A DNA stretch of 64,000 bases from positions 42,733 through 106,732 of the forward strand of contig CAZXJN010000001.1 of assembly GCA_964641015.1 (NCBI GenBank). Reading direction: 5' to 3'. The DNA is from an uncultured Candidatus Saccharibacteria bacterium. GTDB lineage: Bacteria; Patescibacteriota; Saccharimonadia; Saccharimonadales; JACDBH01. Shown one piece after another: positions 47,275-57,612 of this stretch; position 1 is the stretch's first letter; each line of letters opens with the position of its first letter. The notes under the pieces are model-generated. The model had not been told where the DNA came from, did not search any database, and saw only the letters and a list, made by a program, of their open reading frames with translations. Made by a program: the position numbers and the translations under genes.

Positions 47275-48174
47275 CTAAGAGTCAGAACCGAGCCGCGCCT
47301 GCAGGTGCGCCCGAAAATCATCGCCAAGCTCATGATGCTCCAAAGCAAAGTCAACAACTGTCTTGAGGTACTCAAGCTTGTTGCCGGTGTCGTAGTACAC
47401 GCCGCCGGGAACCTCGTAGCCGTACATTTTATGACCGTCATCGATCATGTGCTGCATGCTGATTTGCTGGTTGAATTCCATATCTTCTGCCAATGTCTCT
47501 TTCTGTCGATGCAAATATTCAAAAATCACCGGTTCGAATATGTAGCCGCTCACTGATGCAATGTCAGACGGTGCGCTATCACGGCTGCCCGGCTTTTCTA
47601 CGATATGATCCATCGCAGTCACTCCAGGCTCTATCTCCGTACCGCCTATAAATCCGTACCGCTTAAAATCATCTTCTGACTTAGCACGTACACATGTCAG
47701 TACTGATCCGTTCAGACGTTCATACAAATCCACCATCTGTTTGAATCTAGCCGGAGTAGCTTTGACAAAATCATCAGCAAAAGCATAAATAAACGGCTCA
47801 TTGCCGAGCAAGTGCTCCGCATTGAGCAAGGGGGTCGCATTACCATAGGGGCCCTTTTGCCTAATATATACAAAGTTTGCAAGATCTGATATTTTTTTGG
47901 TCTCTTCAAGCAACTCGTATTTGCCGCCCTGCTTGAGATTGGCGCGCAAATCAGCACTCAAATGATCAAAATGGTCCTCAATCGAGCGCTTGTGGTAGCC
48001 AGTGACGATAATAATATCTTCAATACCGGCTTCTACCAACTCTTCAACAATATACTGGATGATAGGCTTATCGATCAGCGGCAGCATTTCTTTAGGCATC
48101 GCTTTGGTTTGCGGTAGGAAACGCGTACCAAACCCTGCGGCTGCAATCACTGCTTTTCGTACTTGTCGTGTCAT
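47275..48174 (-). CDS. galU: UTP--glucose-1-phosphate uridylyltransferase
   Basis: KAVIAAAGFGTRFLPQTKAMPKEMLPLIDKPIIQY is the GalU N-terminal signature. Confidence 0.88.
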   Translation of the reverse strand: MTRQVRKAVIAAAGFGTRFLPQTKAMPKEMLPLIDKPIIQYIVEELVEAGIEDIIIVTGYHKRSIEDHFDHLSADLRANLKQGGKYELLEETKKISDLANFVYIRQKGPYGNATPLLNAEHLLGNEPFIYAFADDFVKATPARFKQMVDLYERLNGSVLTCVRAKSEDDFKRYGFIGGTEIEPGVTAMDHIVEKPGSRDSAPSDIASVSGYIFEPVIFEYLHRQKETLAEDMEFNQQISMQHMIDDGHKMYGYEVPGGVYYDTGNKLEYLKTVVDFALEHHELGDDFRAHLQARLGSDS

Positions 48175-48175
48175 A

Positions 48176-49633
48176 TTACTCCACCCCCAACACTTTTTTA
48201 ATGAGCACCTGCACTACGCCTGGATTTGCCTTGCCGCCAGTCGCTTTCATCACCTGCCCTACCAAGAAACCGATTGCTTTCATTTCACCATTTTTGACGT
48301 CATCAGCAGCCTTTTCGTTATCGCTTAATACCTGCTGCACTACCATGATGAGCGCGCCCTCATCGGACTCTTGGATAAGATTCTTTGCCTGAGCAATTTC
48401 TTTTGGATCGCCGCCGTTAATCAGCACTTCGTTCAGCACCTCTTTAGCGGCAGTCGAGCTTACATCTCCCGCATCAAGCATGCTAGTAAGACCAACCAGC
48501 TGTGCCGAGCGGTCAATGACCGTCTCCCACGCCACTTTTTCGTCAGCCACAAGCTTGGTGATATCTCCAGAGATCCAATGAGCAATAGTACGGGCGGTTT
48601 TTTCTCCGTATCCATCAATGATTCCGTGCACGAACCACGCTACAGCAGGCTCCTCAAGCAATACATTCACCTGGGAGCTATCGAGTTTCAGCTTGGAGAA
48701 TGCGGACCTTAGCGTGTTTGGCATATCCGGCATTTCTGCCTGGAGACGTGTGATGAATTTTTCGTCCAACACAACAGGCGGTAAGTCAGGGTCTGGAAAA
48801 TAGCGGTAGTCGTGGGCTTCTTCCTTAGTGCGCTGGCTGAATGTTTGGAGCTTCTCATCGTCCCAGCCGCGAGTTTCCTGCACTATTTCTTCACCCTTTT
48901 CAAGCAGCTTCGTCTGGCGGGCGATTTCATATTCGACAGCCTTTTCTACCGCACGGAACGAGTTGAGATTCTTGGTCTCAGTACGTGTACCTAATTTGTC
49001 TGTTTTGCTGACTGACACGTTGACATCGAACCGCATATTGCCGTGATACAAATCAACATCGCTCACGCCAGCGTACTTCATAAGCAGATAAAGCTCGTGC
49101 GCATACTCTCGCGCCTCTGCAGCAGTGTGCAACTCAGGCTCGGATACTATTTCCAGTAGCGGTGTACCGGCACGATTCAAATCTACAAGACTGTAGTCCT
49201 TGCCAGCAGGGTGGGTTGACTTTCCCGCGTCCGCTTCGAGATGCGCCCTCGTTACACCAATGCGCTTTTTCTCTCCATTGACCACAATGTCTACGTGACC
49301 GCCAAGAATAATCGGCTCATCATACTGGCTGATCTGGTATCCAAGCGGAAGATCAGGATAAAAATAATGCTTGCGATCAAACTTGCTGAAAAGCTGCGGC
49401 GTTGTACCGAGGGCAAAAGCCGCCCGCGCCGCCAGCTCAACTGCCTTGGCATTTAGTACAGGCAACGCTCCGGGCATACCAAAACAAATATGACTCACTA
49501 GCGTATTCGGCGCCGCGTCCCGCGCATCGTTGCCGACAGCAGCAAATAGCTTGGTGTTTGTTTTAAGCTGCACGTGGCATTCGATACCGATAGTCGGCGT
49601 GTACTTGCTTGTAGTTTGTGCAGCCTTGCTCAT
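48176..49633 (-). CDS. gatB: Asp/Glu-tRNA amidotransferase subunit B
   Basis: …IGIECHVQLKTNTKLF… and a C-terminal GatB/YqeY domain. Confidence 0.93.
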   Translation of the reverse strand: MSKAAQTTSKYTPTIGIECHVQLKTNTKLFAAVGNDARDAAPNTLVSHICFGMPGALPVLNAKAVELAARAAFALGTTPQLFSKFDRKHYFYPDLPLGYQISQYDEPIILGGHVDIVVNGEKKRIGVTRAHLEADAGKSTHPAGKDYSLVDLNRAGTPLLEIVSEPELHTAAEAREYAHELYLLMKYAGVSDVDLYHGNMRFDVNVSVSKTDKLGTRTETKNLNSFRAVEKAVEYEIARQTKLLEKGEEIVQETRGWDDEKLQTFSQRTKEEAHDYRYFPDPDLPPVVLDEKFITRLQAEMPDMPNTLRSAFSKLKLDSSQVNVLLEEPAVAWFVHGIIDGYGEKTARTIAHWISGDITKLVADEKVAWETVIDRSAQLVGLTSMLDAGDVSSTAAKEVLNEVLINGGDPKEIAQAKNLIQESDEGALIMVVQQVLSDNEKAADDVKNGEMKAIGFLVGQVMKATGGKANPGVVQVLIKKVLGVE

Positions 49634-49793
49634 GATTGCACCTCTGTACTAAGCAGTTTTGGAATATGGGCCTTGCACCTCTGCAGCCTGGTTGTGTTCC
49701 CCATTTTTCCAGTTGAAAGCTGAAAGTTTAAAGTTAAAATAATCAATTCCGACAACTTTGTACTTTCTACTTTGTACCCACTTCCTCTACTGG

Positions 49794-50207
49794 TCATTTC
49801 AGTGCTCCCAAATCGCGCAAAGCCTGGCGCAAACTAACTAGAGCTTTCTGCACCTCTTTTTTGGTAAGCTTCGTGTCGACTTCGTGGACTATTTTATTGC
49901 GCAGCTTATGCGCATACCACGTTCCGTCGTTATCACTCAGCGACCGCTGAGCTGCCACTAGTCTTTCGCCCATGGTTTTGCCTTTGAACCGGCGCTTTTT
50001 TAATGCTTCATCCAGCAAGCTATCCGCCTGGATGATTGCCATCGGCCACATTTCTTCTTTGTTCAGACCCTTTTGCAGGTCTTTCCATTTGTTAGTAAAG
50101 TATTCATGGTTTAAATCTTTGCGCGGACGGCGTGCCACGAATGTAATAAGTCCTAAGATAGCCAGTGCCGCACCTACCGCCGCAATTAATAATTCCGTCT
50201 GAATCAT
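49794..50207 (-). CDS. Hypothetical membrane-anchored protein inserted between gatA and gatB
   Basis: 137 aa. N-terminal TM helix. C-terminal AHKLRNKIVHE has an R-N-x3-H (HEPN-like) motif. Confidence 0.5.
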   Translation of the reverse strand: MIQTELLIAAVGAALAILGLITFVARRPRKDLNHEYFTNKWKDLQKGLNKEEMWPMAIIQADSLLDEALKKRRFKGKTMGERLVAAQRSLSDNDGTWYAHKLRNKIVHEVDTKLTKKEVQKALVSLRQALRDLGALK

Positions 50208-51635
50208 CTACACGCTCCTCTGTAAGTCTTCTACTGCTGCGGCCACCCCAAGCAGCGCTCTGTCTTGACGCTGCGGCGCCATAATCTGCAGGCCGATTGG
50301 CAGCCCTTCGTGCATGCCCACCGGCACACTTATAGCCGGCACGCCGACCAGGTTTGCTGCCACGGTCATAATGTCTGCGAGATACATTGCAAGCGGATCG
50401 TCGCTGTTTTCACCAATTTTAAATGCAGTCGAAGGCGCGGTAGGACCCAAAAGAAAATCAACTTCCTCAAATGCCGCTTCAAACTCTTTGATTAATTTGC
50501 TGCGTACCGTCTGGGCCTTTTTATAATACGCGTCATAATAGCCAGAACTCAGTACATATGTGCCAATCATGATTCGACGCTTAGCTTCGGCGCCAAAGCC
50601 TTTTTCGCGTGAGATCTCATAGCTATCCGTAAGATTCTTTGCGCTGTCTTCAGTATACCCATAGCGCTGGCCGTCATACCGGCTCAGGTTGCTGCTAACC
50701 TCTGCCGGGCAAATCACATAGTAGACCGCCAACGCCAGCGGCAGTGACGGCAGGCTGACTTCCTTTATGACCGCACCGGCAGCTTCCATAGTGCGTACTG
50801 TCTGCTGTATTCGATTCCGTACAAAATCCTCTACGCCATCACCCATGTACTCTTTCACGACGCCGACAATTTTGCCCTGCAGGCTGGTATCAAGCTTGGT
50901 GTAGCTGATTTCATCGCGTTCAATAGTGGTTGCATCAAGCGGATCACGTCCAGCCATAACATCTAAAACAAGTGCAGCGTCCTCGACTCGCGCAGCAATA
51001 GGTCCCATGCAGTCCAGGCTGCTCGCCATCGCTACCACACCGCTCCGACTCGTGAGGCCATATGTTGGCTTGAGCCCTACTGCACCGCAAAAACTTGCCG
51101 GCAATCTAATCGAGCCGCCGGTATCGGAACCGAGTGCAAATGGCGCCAAGCCCAACACTACCGCAGCGCCAGAGCCGCCAGAGCTTCCTCCTGGCACGTA
51201 CTGCTTGTTATGCGGGTTGAGGGTAGTAAAAAAATCACTATTCTCAGTGCTCGACCCGTGAGCAAAAGCATCCAGATTTGCCTTGGCCACGCAAATCGCC
51301 CCCTCGGCCTCGAGCCTTTCAATCACACTCGCCTGATAGGGCGCATCAAAGCCCTTTAACATATTGCTTGCAGCAGTCGTAGCAGCTCCAAACGCCAGAA
51401 AATTATCCTTGGCAATAAAGGGCACGCCTGCTAGCCTTCCTGGATTTTTGCCAGCTCTCACCAGCCCGTCTATAAACTCTGCGCGTTCCAGCGCACGCCG
51501 CTTAGTGGTCGCAATGATTGCCTGGTATTCATCTGCTGCATCAATACGCTCCAGCGATTCATCCACCAGACTCAGCGCAGATGTTTCGCCAGAACGAACC
51601 TTCTTCGCAATAATTTCAATTGACTCCCAGTTCAT
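50208..51635 (-). CDS. gatA: Glu-tRNA(Gln) amidotransferase subunit A
   Basis: Amidase signature (…GGSSGGSGAAV…). Start is probably MNWESIEIIAKK (51635). The ORF-track start at 51677 is also possible. Confidence 0.93.
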   Translation of the reverse strand: MNWESIEIIAKKVRSGETSALSLVDESLERIDAADEYQAIIATTKRRALERAEFIDGLVRAGKNPGRLAGVPFIAKDNFLAFGAATTAASNMLKGFDAPYQASVIERLEAEGAICVAKANLDAFAHGSSTENSDFFTTLNPHNKQYVPGGSSGGSGAAVVLGLAPFALGSDTGGSIRLPASFCGAVGLKPTYGLTSRSGVVAMASSLDCMGPIAARVEDAALVLDVMAGRDPLDATTIERDEISYTKLDTSLQGKIVGVVKEYMGDGVEDFVRNRIQQTVRTMEAAGAVIKEVSLPSLPLALAVYYVICPAEVSSNLSRYDGQRYGYTEDSAKNLTDSYEISREKGFGAEAKRRIMIGTYVLSSGYYDAYYKKAQTVRSKLIKEFEAAFEEVDFLLGPTAPSTAFKIGENSDDPLAMYLADIMTVAANLVGVPAISVPVGMHEGLPIGLQIMAPQRQDRALLGVAAAVEDLQRSV

Positions 51636-51864
51636 GAGACTGCCTCTAACTGCGAAAGGTGAAGCTGCTCGTGGCAATATCTATATATCTTGCCTACAGA
51701 TTCTGCGCTTGAGCTAGTTTTGGTGCGGCTCGGCGTAACGCAAGCCTGCCGTACACTGTAGTACTGCTGGCGCGTAACGTAACGAGTCAACCCAAAACCA
51801 GCCAAGAAGCCAGACAAAGACCGGCTTTGCTGGACTTTTCTGGCGGGTGCAGGATTCGTGGCAG

Positions 51865-52158
51865 TCATCCGATCATCCTCTTGACTTTCAGATAGCCCCT
51901 CTCGGTCTTTGGCGCGTTTTTGAGCAGCTCCTCTTTGGTGATTCCATAGTCCTTGACTACGTCGTCACGCATCACGTTGACGAGCCCTGCCACCTGATAG
52001 GTCGGCTTCAGCCCATTAGTATCAACATCACCCAGCATTTCTACATAGCCTAGAATACTGCTGATTTCGGTTTGAAAGTTTTCGACCTCTGCTTTGCTCA
52101 GCCGCAGGCTCGCGAGTTTGGCCAATTTTAAGATATCATCCTTAGAGAGTTTCGCCAT
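51865..52158 (-). CDS. gatC: Asp/Glu-tRNA amidotransferase subunit C
   Basis: 97 aa. MAKLSKDDILKLAKLASLRLSKAEVENFQTEISSILGYVE. Confidence 0.85.
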   Translation of the reverse strand: MAKLSKDDILKLAKLASLRLSKAEVENFQTEISSILGYVEMLGDVDTNGLKPTYQVAGLVNVMRDDVVKDYGITKEELLKNAPKTERGYLKVKRMIG

Positions 52159-52354
52159 ATGTGAGCTAAATTATAACAGGTTGATCTGTCTCTGACCACT
52201 GCAGTTAGACGTAGCCTAGATCAAAGCAGCGTCGATTATAATCTCGCTCATATCAGAATCTGATTACACGAGCTACACAACGAAAAACAACTACAATATT
52301 CTCAATTTTAGGACGGCCGTCACAAAAATGAGAATAATATCACAGGGGTATACA

Positions 52355-52396
52355 TTGACTACACTTGAGATGTGTGATATAATAAAAATATAGGGT
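52355..52396 (+). promoter_or_regulatory. Consensus promoter module C (TTGACT-N17-TGATATAAT-N7-TAGGGT), orphan
   Basis: TTGACT 52355-60, TATAAT 52378-83, TAGGGT 52391-96. No ATG within the 158 nt down to the uvrB stop. Confidence 0.45.
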
Positions 52397-52554
52397 GTAT
52401 CTTGCTTTTAGCCCATCCTTCTTGATTTTTCTGCACTCGGACGCGCTACCCAAGCTCGAATCCTGTACAGCCCGACAATCTCTTTAGAAGATATCCTATA
52501 GCTGACGCGAGCAGCTAGCTTCTCAAGTAAACAGCAGTAACGTCTGTACCTTCT

Positions 52555-54519
52555 CTACAGTTTGCTCTTCACATCAGCGATAATATCCCGCAGCTCGGCG
52601 GCTTTTTCAAACTGTAGGTTCGCTGCTGCCATGTCCATCTGCGCGCTGAGATCTTTGATGAGATGCTTGTATTCTTCTTTTGGGATTTTCTTTAGATCAA
52701 GCTTTGGTTTTTTAGCGTCCTCGCTCGGCTCGACACGCATACTTTTCTCGACAGCCTTAGCGATGCCAGCCGGAGTAATACCGTGCTGTTTGTTGTATTT
52801 GGCTTGAATCTCACGGCGGCGGTTTGTCTCGTCAATCGTGCGCTGCATACTGCCGGTAATAGTATCGGCGTACATAACAACCCGGCCTTCAACGTGACGG
52901 GCAGCCCTGCCGACTGTTTGAATCAGGGCCTGTTCGCTCCGTAGGAATCCTTCTTTGTCGGCATCAAGAATCGCAACGAGCGAAACTTCCGGCAAATCCA
53001 ACCCTTCTCGCAGCAGGTTAATCCCTACCACGACATCATATACCCCCAGCCGTAAGTCACGCAAAATATCAGTACGCTCCAGCGTATCAACATCACTGTG
53101 CAGGTATGTCACCTTGATATTGATTTCTTGCAAATACTCTGTCAAATCTTCCGACATGCGCTTTGTAAGCGTCGTCACGAGTACTCGCTGGCGCTTGTTG
53201 ACAGTCTCGCGGATTTCATTAATCAAATCATCGATTTGGCCATCGATCGGCCGAACCTCAATCGGCGGATCTAGCAGCCCGGTGGGGCGTATCACCTGCT
53301 CGGTCGGCTCTGGGCTGCGCTCCAGTTCGTACTGTGCAGGTGTGGCGCTGACATACACCACCTGGTTAATATGACGTTCAAACTCAGCAAAATTGAGCGG
53401 ACGGTTATCTAATGCGCTGGGCAGCCGAAAGCCGTGCTCTACTAGCACCTCCTTGCGCGCCCGGTCGCCATTGTACATTCCGCGCACTTGCGGGATTGTC
53501 ATATGCGACTCATCAATAAACATCAGATAATCGTCCGGGTAGTAGTCAAGCAAGGTGGCAGGCTGTTCGCCTGGCTCGCGGTTGGTCAGGTACCGGCTGT
53601 AGTTTTCTATACCCTTCACAAAACCGGTCTCCTCCAGCATCTCCAGGTCAAATTTGGTCCGTTGCTTTAGCCGCTGCGCTTCAAGCAGTTTGTTCTGCTG
53701 TTCGAACAGCGCTACTTGCTCATCGAGCTCGGTTTGAATTTTGCCTAGTGCAATCTTGAGCTTGTCGTAGGGTGTCACATAGTGGCTGCCTGGAAAAATC
53801 TGCACTTCACCAAGTTCTGCGAGTATTTCACCGGTCAGTGGATCAACCTGAGTAATCCGATCCACCTCGTCACCAAAGAACTCCACCCGGTAAGCTACTT
53901 CTTCACCAGCCGGAAACACATCCACGACATCGCCGCGTACTCGGAACGTGCTGCGATGAAAATCAATATCGTTACGCTGGTACTGAATATCTGTCAGATG
54001 GCGCATGAATTTATCACGCAGCTTGCGCTCGCCCTTTTTAACCGTTACCGACAGTCCGGCATAGTCTTCGACTGAGCCGATGCCATAAATACAGCTGACG
54101 CTGGCAACAATAATGACGTCCTTCCTGGTTAGCAGCGCATCAGTAGCGGCATGACGCAACCGATCGATCTCTTCATTAATCTGCGAATCTTTCTCGATAA
54201 ATGTGTCGCTGCGCGCGATGTATGCCTCTGGCTGATAGTAGTCAAAGTAGCTTACAAAATAGTGCACAGCGTTATTTGGGAAAAAGTTTTTAAATTCAGA
54301 ATACAACTGGGCGGCCAGGGTTTTGTTATGACTGAGGACTAGAGTCGGCCGTTGCACGTTCTGGATAACGTTCGCCATGGTAAATGTCTTACCCGACCCA
54401 GTTACGCCAAGCAGCGTTTGTTCTCGCTCGCCATCACGAACAAGCTGCGTAATACGTTCTATCGCAGCTGGCTGGTCGCCTTGGGGCTGATAGGGGGATT
54501 CTAGCTTGAACTTTGCCAT
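52555..54519 (-). CDS. uvrB: Excinuclease ABC subunit B
   Basis: 654 aa. Walker A GVTGSGKT, helicase motifs, C-terminal UVR domain. Confidence 0.95.
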   Translation of the reverse strand: MAKFKLESPYQPQGDQPAAIERITQLVRDGEREQTLLGVTGSGKTFTMANVIQNVQRPTLVLSHNKTLAAQLYSEFKNFFPNNAVHYFVSYFDYYQPEAYIARSDTFIEKDSQINEEIDRLRHAATDALLTRKDVIIVASVSCIYGIGSVEDYAGLSVTVKKGERKLRDKFMRHLTDIQYQRNDIDFHRSTFRVRGDVVDVFPAGEEVAYRVEFFGDEVDRITQVDPLTGEILAELGEVQIFPGSHYVTPYDKLKIALGKIQTELDEQVALFEQQNKLLEAQRLKQRTKFDLEMLEETGFVKGIENYSRYLTNREPGEQPATLLDYYPDDYLMFIDESHMTIPQVRGMYNGDRARKEVLVEHGFRLPSALDNRPLNFAEFERHINQVVYVSATPAQYELERSPEPTEQVIRPTGLLDPPIEVRPIDGQIDDLINEIRETVNKRQRVLVTTLTKRMSEDLTEYLQEINIKVTYLHSDVDTLERTDILRDLRLGVYDVVVGINLLREGLDLPEVSLVAILDADKEGFLRSEQALIQTVGRAARHVEGRVVMYADTITGSMQRTIDETNRRREIQAKYNKQHGITPAGIAKAVEKSMRVEPSEDAKKPKLDLKKIPKEEYKHLIKDLSAQMDMAAANLQFEKAAELRDIIADVKSKL

Positions 54520-54542
54520 CCCTTTATTGTACCAAGTTTTAT

Positions 54543-55259
54543 TTAGTCAAATACAACGGTACTAAGAATGGTGGCAAAAAGCTCTTTAAACTCTGTCGTA
54601 TCCTCGTCAAGCCCGTGTAGGCGTATCTCATAGTAGCTATCATCCATATAGGTATACGCCGATCTATACGTGCCGTGGCACTTTATATCAGATATAATCG
54701 TGGGTAATCCGCCCACCTGAGTCGTCGAATAATCACCACCGCAACCCTGTTCAGTCGTGCCAAGGTGCGTCAGATGATCTTCGTAGCTTTGAAGTGAAAC
54801 ATCGTCGATTTCACGGTGATAGAGCTCCAGCCAGTAGCCTGCGCCAACGCTCGGCCCAAGGTCTCGTGCCTCTATGAAGTCTGATGATACGATATCAACG
54901 TCGCTCGTGGAACTTTCTAGTGTTGTTGATTGAGCCCACGTCTTTGGATGCTGGAGACTAATCCCAAGACCACTATAGGTCACCCAAGAATCTGTCGGTA
55001 CAGTGGCGACATCCTCCATAACAGGCGCCTTTTGTTCTGGATTACTCCATGTTTGGCCGTTAGCTGCACACTGCTCCGGGAAGCTCTCCATCACCGGATA
55101 ACCAGCCGCTACGCAATCTGCGAATGACTGGATGGACTGCTGGCTTTGCTCGTCCGACCGCCACGCAAACACAAAAATCACAACCATTGCCAGCGCCACT
55201 ACCACGATAAGACCTATCTCTATTTTGCCAAGCTTGAATTGTGATTTGTCCTGGTTCAT
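54543..55259 (-). CDS. Hypothetical membrane-anchored secreted protein (238 aa)
   Basis: N-terminal TM ([19 protein letters not shown]). Cys-containing extracytoplasmic domain. No family recognised. Confidence 0.5.
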   Translation of the reverse strand: MNQDKSQFKLGKIEIGLIVVVALAMVVIFVFAWRSDEQSQQSIQSFADCVAAGYPVMESFPEQCAANGQTWSNPEQKAPVMEDVATVPTDSWVTYSGLGISLQHPKTWAQSTTLESSTSDVDIVSSDFIEARDLGPSVGAGYWLELYHREIDDVSLQSYEDHLTHLGTTEQGCGGDYSTTQVGGLPTIISDIKCHGTYRSAYTYMDDSYYEIRLHGLDEDTTEFKELFATILSTVVFD

Positions 55260-55277
55260 AAACCCCCGCGTTGTTGT

Positions 55278-56519
55278 TTAAAGTTTCAGCCTGTCGGCCG
55301 CCAGCATGTTTTTATCGAGTTGCTGCAGGATCTGTGTTTCGAGCACCTTCTCTCCCATATAGCGCATATACAGCTCGTTCCACAAACTGGCTCGCATATG
55401 GAAATTAATACGCTCATCATATGGCACGGCCAAGTAATAGTTCATGCTGTTATCCATTAGATTAAAGCTGACTGGCGAATCATCGCCAAGCAACACACCG
55501 ACATAATCCAAATCACGCCAGAACCTAAGCTCTGGATTTATCTTATAGAGCTGCTCCTCAGCCCGTCGCCAATAAAGATCTTCTGGCTGTACATGCGGAT
55601 GGAATATCTCCGGATGCCCCAGGTGCTCTGGCCGGCCGTAATGCCGCTGGACAATCCGCCAGTGCACTTTGCTGCCAGCCATCTCAGCAGCCGGCTCGGA
55701 ATCTTCGTTGAGCGTACGGGCGACTATCTTGCCAAAGTCTGGCTTGACCTGCTGCAACTTGAAATACGAACTATACAGTCTGATTTCGTTGATATAGTGC
55801 AGCGCAATCGGCAGCGTAGAAATCGTAAACCCAACTATCTGGTCCTGGGGCGGAGGCAACAGCACTATACTGCCCAACTCTTTGAGATGCGTGATGTTGT
55901 AGCGCTTTTCATTAGTAAATTGTCCGGCCAGGCTGCCCCAGCGCTCTTTGTCTAGAATGATTATTTCGATGTCGCGGTTTTCAAAATCGGATTGCTGGAG
56001 CTGCTTATAGGTTCTGTTGAACTTTCTCAGCCAGCTTGGCGTTTCTGCAAAACGCAGCGCCCCATAGATTTCACCCAGATTTTCGCGCTTGGTCATTGAT
56101 TCTACTGAAGAATACCCAAGATGCTTCATCACCCTCTCCGGGGGTGTTTGGTGAAGCAGCCGTTTTGCGACACTCTTTTTGATCACCCACGCAGAGCGCG
56201 GCACGTCTGATTTTTCGATAGCGCGCTTTATAAGCGGCAACAGCCGCGGCACATCAAGCGGATCACTACCTCCGATGTGTTTTGCCAGGTGTTCATCGTG
56301 CAGTTTTATCTTGTGAAGAAGCGCGTAGTACAGCTCTTCGCCGGTCGTATCAGCTGAATCCAACCCGAGCTGTTTGAGCTTGGCCTGTACGGTCTGAATG
56401 ATCTCGCTCATCAGCCGCACGTCCATCGACGGACGCCCGGATGACTCTTCGAGCTGGCGTATTGCGAGACTAAAAAAAGGTTCTTCCGCCCCTAATAATT
56501 TTGATAAGAGATTAGACAT
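55278..56519 (-). CDS. Hypothetical protein (413 aa), family not recognised
   Basis: Complex non-repetitive ORF, probably co-transcribed with uvrB and 54543-55259. Confidence 0.5.
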   Translation of the reverse strand: MSNLLSKLLGAEEPFFSLAIRQLEESSGRPSMDVRLMSEIIQTVQAKLKQLGLDSADTTGEELYYALLHKIKLHDEHLAKHIGGSDPLDVPRLLPLIKRAIEKSDVPRSAWVIKKSVAKRLLHQTPPERVMKHLGYSSVESMTKRENLGEIYGALRFAETPSWLRKFNRTYKQLQQSDFENRDIEIIILDKERWGSLAGQFTNEKRYNITHLKELGSIVLLPPPQDQIVGFTISTLPIALHYINEIRLYSSYFKLQQVKPDFGKIVARTLNEDSEPAAEMAGSKVHWRIVQRHYGRPEHLGHPEIFHPHVQPEDLYWRRAEEQLYKINPELRFWRDLDYVGVLLGDDSPVSFNLMDNSMNYYLAVPYDERINFHMRASLWNELYMRYMGEKVLETQILQQLDKNMLAADRLKL

Positions 56520-56603
56520 ACACCACCATTTCGTCTTATGTATCCATCTCTTTTGATTCTAGCATGAATTACCCTATCTTACGCACCATTCTGTCCAAAA
56601 TCG

Positions 56604-57422
56604 TTGTCATATATTCTACAGCTGAAAATGCTTATGAAAAATGCTATACTAAAACAAATCATGCAAGACAAAAAACTATCAGCAATCACCCCGCATCGCG
56701 ACGCAATAGCCAATCTCGTCGATCAAGAGACTGAGCAGCGCATCGATCGGATCGAAAAAGAATTCAAAGCCGGATTTGATATCGTCAACAAGCATATCAA
56801 CACGGTAACCGTGTTTGGCTCGGCGCGGTTTCTTGAGGACAATCCATACTACCAGCAGGCGCGCGCCACCGCACATATGCTAGCCAAAGAAGGATTTACG
56901 GTTATCACCGGTGGCGGAGGCGGCATCATGGAGGCGGCCAACCGTGGCGCGTACGAGGCTGGCGGCAAATCGATTGGCTTTAATATACAGCTGCCGCACG
57001 AGCAAAAACTCAACCCCTACACTACCGAGTCGTTGCCGTTCAGATATTTCTTTGCCCGAAAGGTGATGCTGGTCTATGCGGCCAGCGCCCTCGTGTGCTT
57101 CCCTGGCGGATTCGGCACCCTCGATGAGCTATTTGAGGTAGTGACACTAGTCCAGACAGGTAAAATGCCGCCTGTGCCGATTATTCTGGTCGGCAGTGAT
57201 TTTTGGAATCCGCTCCATGAATTTATAAAAACCAGCATGCTCGACAAGCTGGGGGCAATCAGCCATGGTGATGAAGAGCTGTATGTCATTACCGACGATA
57301 TTGAAGAGATTAAACACATCGTCAACAACAGCCGTGAGGTAACCTCTGTGTTCGCTATGCCAGAAGAAGCTATGACGCCTGCGCGCGAAGAAAAGATCGC
57401 TACCGTGCACCCGGCGCCATGA
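56604..57422 (+). CDS. LOG-family protein (TIGR00730 Rossmann-fold nucleotide-binding / cytokinin riboside 5'-monophosphate phosphoribohydrolase-like)
   Basis: …VTVFGSARF… and …ALVCFPGGFGTLDELFEV… are the PGGxGTxxE motif. An alternative leaderless-type start exists at ATG 56661. Confidence 0.8.
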   Translation: MSYILQLKMLMKNAILKQIMQDKKLSAITPHRDAIANLVDQETEQRIDRIEKEFKAGFDIVNKHINTVTVFGSARFLEDNPYYQQARATAHMLAKEGFTVITGGGGGIMEAANRGAYEAGGKSIGFNIQLPHEQKLNPYTTESLPFRYFFARKVMLVYAASALVCFPGGFGTLDELFEVVTLVQTGKMPPVPIILVGSDFWNPLHEFIKTSMLDKLGAISHGDEELYVITDDIEEIKHIVNNSREVTSVFAMPEEAMTPAREEKIATVHPAP

Positions 57423-57612
57423 AAGGCTCGTTATTTTTTAGGTTTATTTTGACCCTATCTTTTCATTTTATCATACAATAAACATTTTGTCAAGTTTCTA
57501 TAGTATTAACCCCTGTTTCACGCTGACTTTCACAGACTGCACCCATAAGTGAAACACCCTCGAAGAGATTTAACTTTTCGAGGGTGTGTTGTGCTCAAGC
57601 CATTTCTTATTT

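Noticed and set aside
51632-51868. 78-aa ORF in the gatC-gatA spacer
   Set aside because: It overlaps the probable gatA 5' region, has no RBS and has biased composition. The spacer is better explained as leader or terminator sequence.
52397-52470. CTCGAATCC T-loop-like sequence suggesting a tRNA fragment downstream of promoter module C
   Set aside because: No acceptor, D or anticodon stems could be built around it, so a tRNA or tRNA remnant is not supported.
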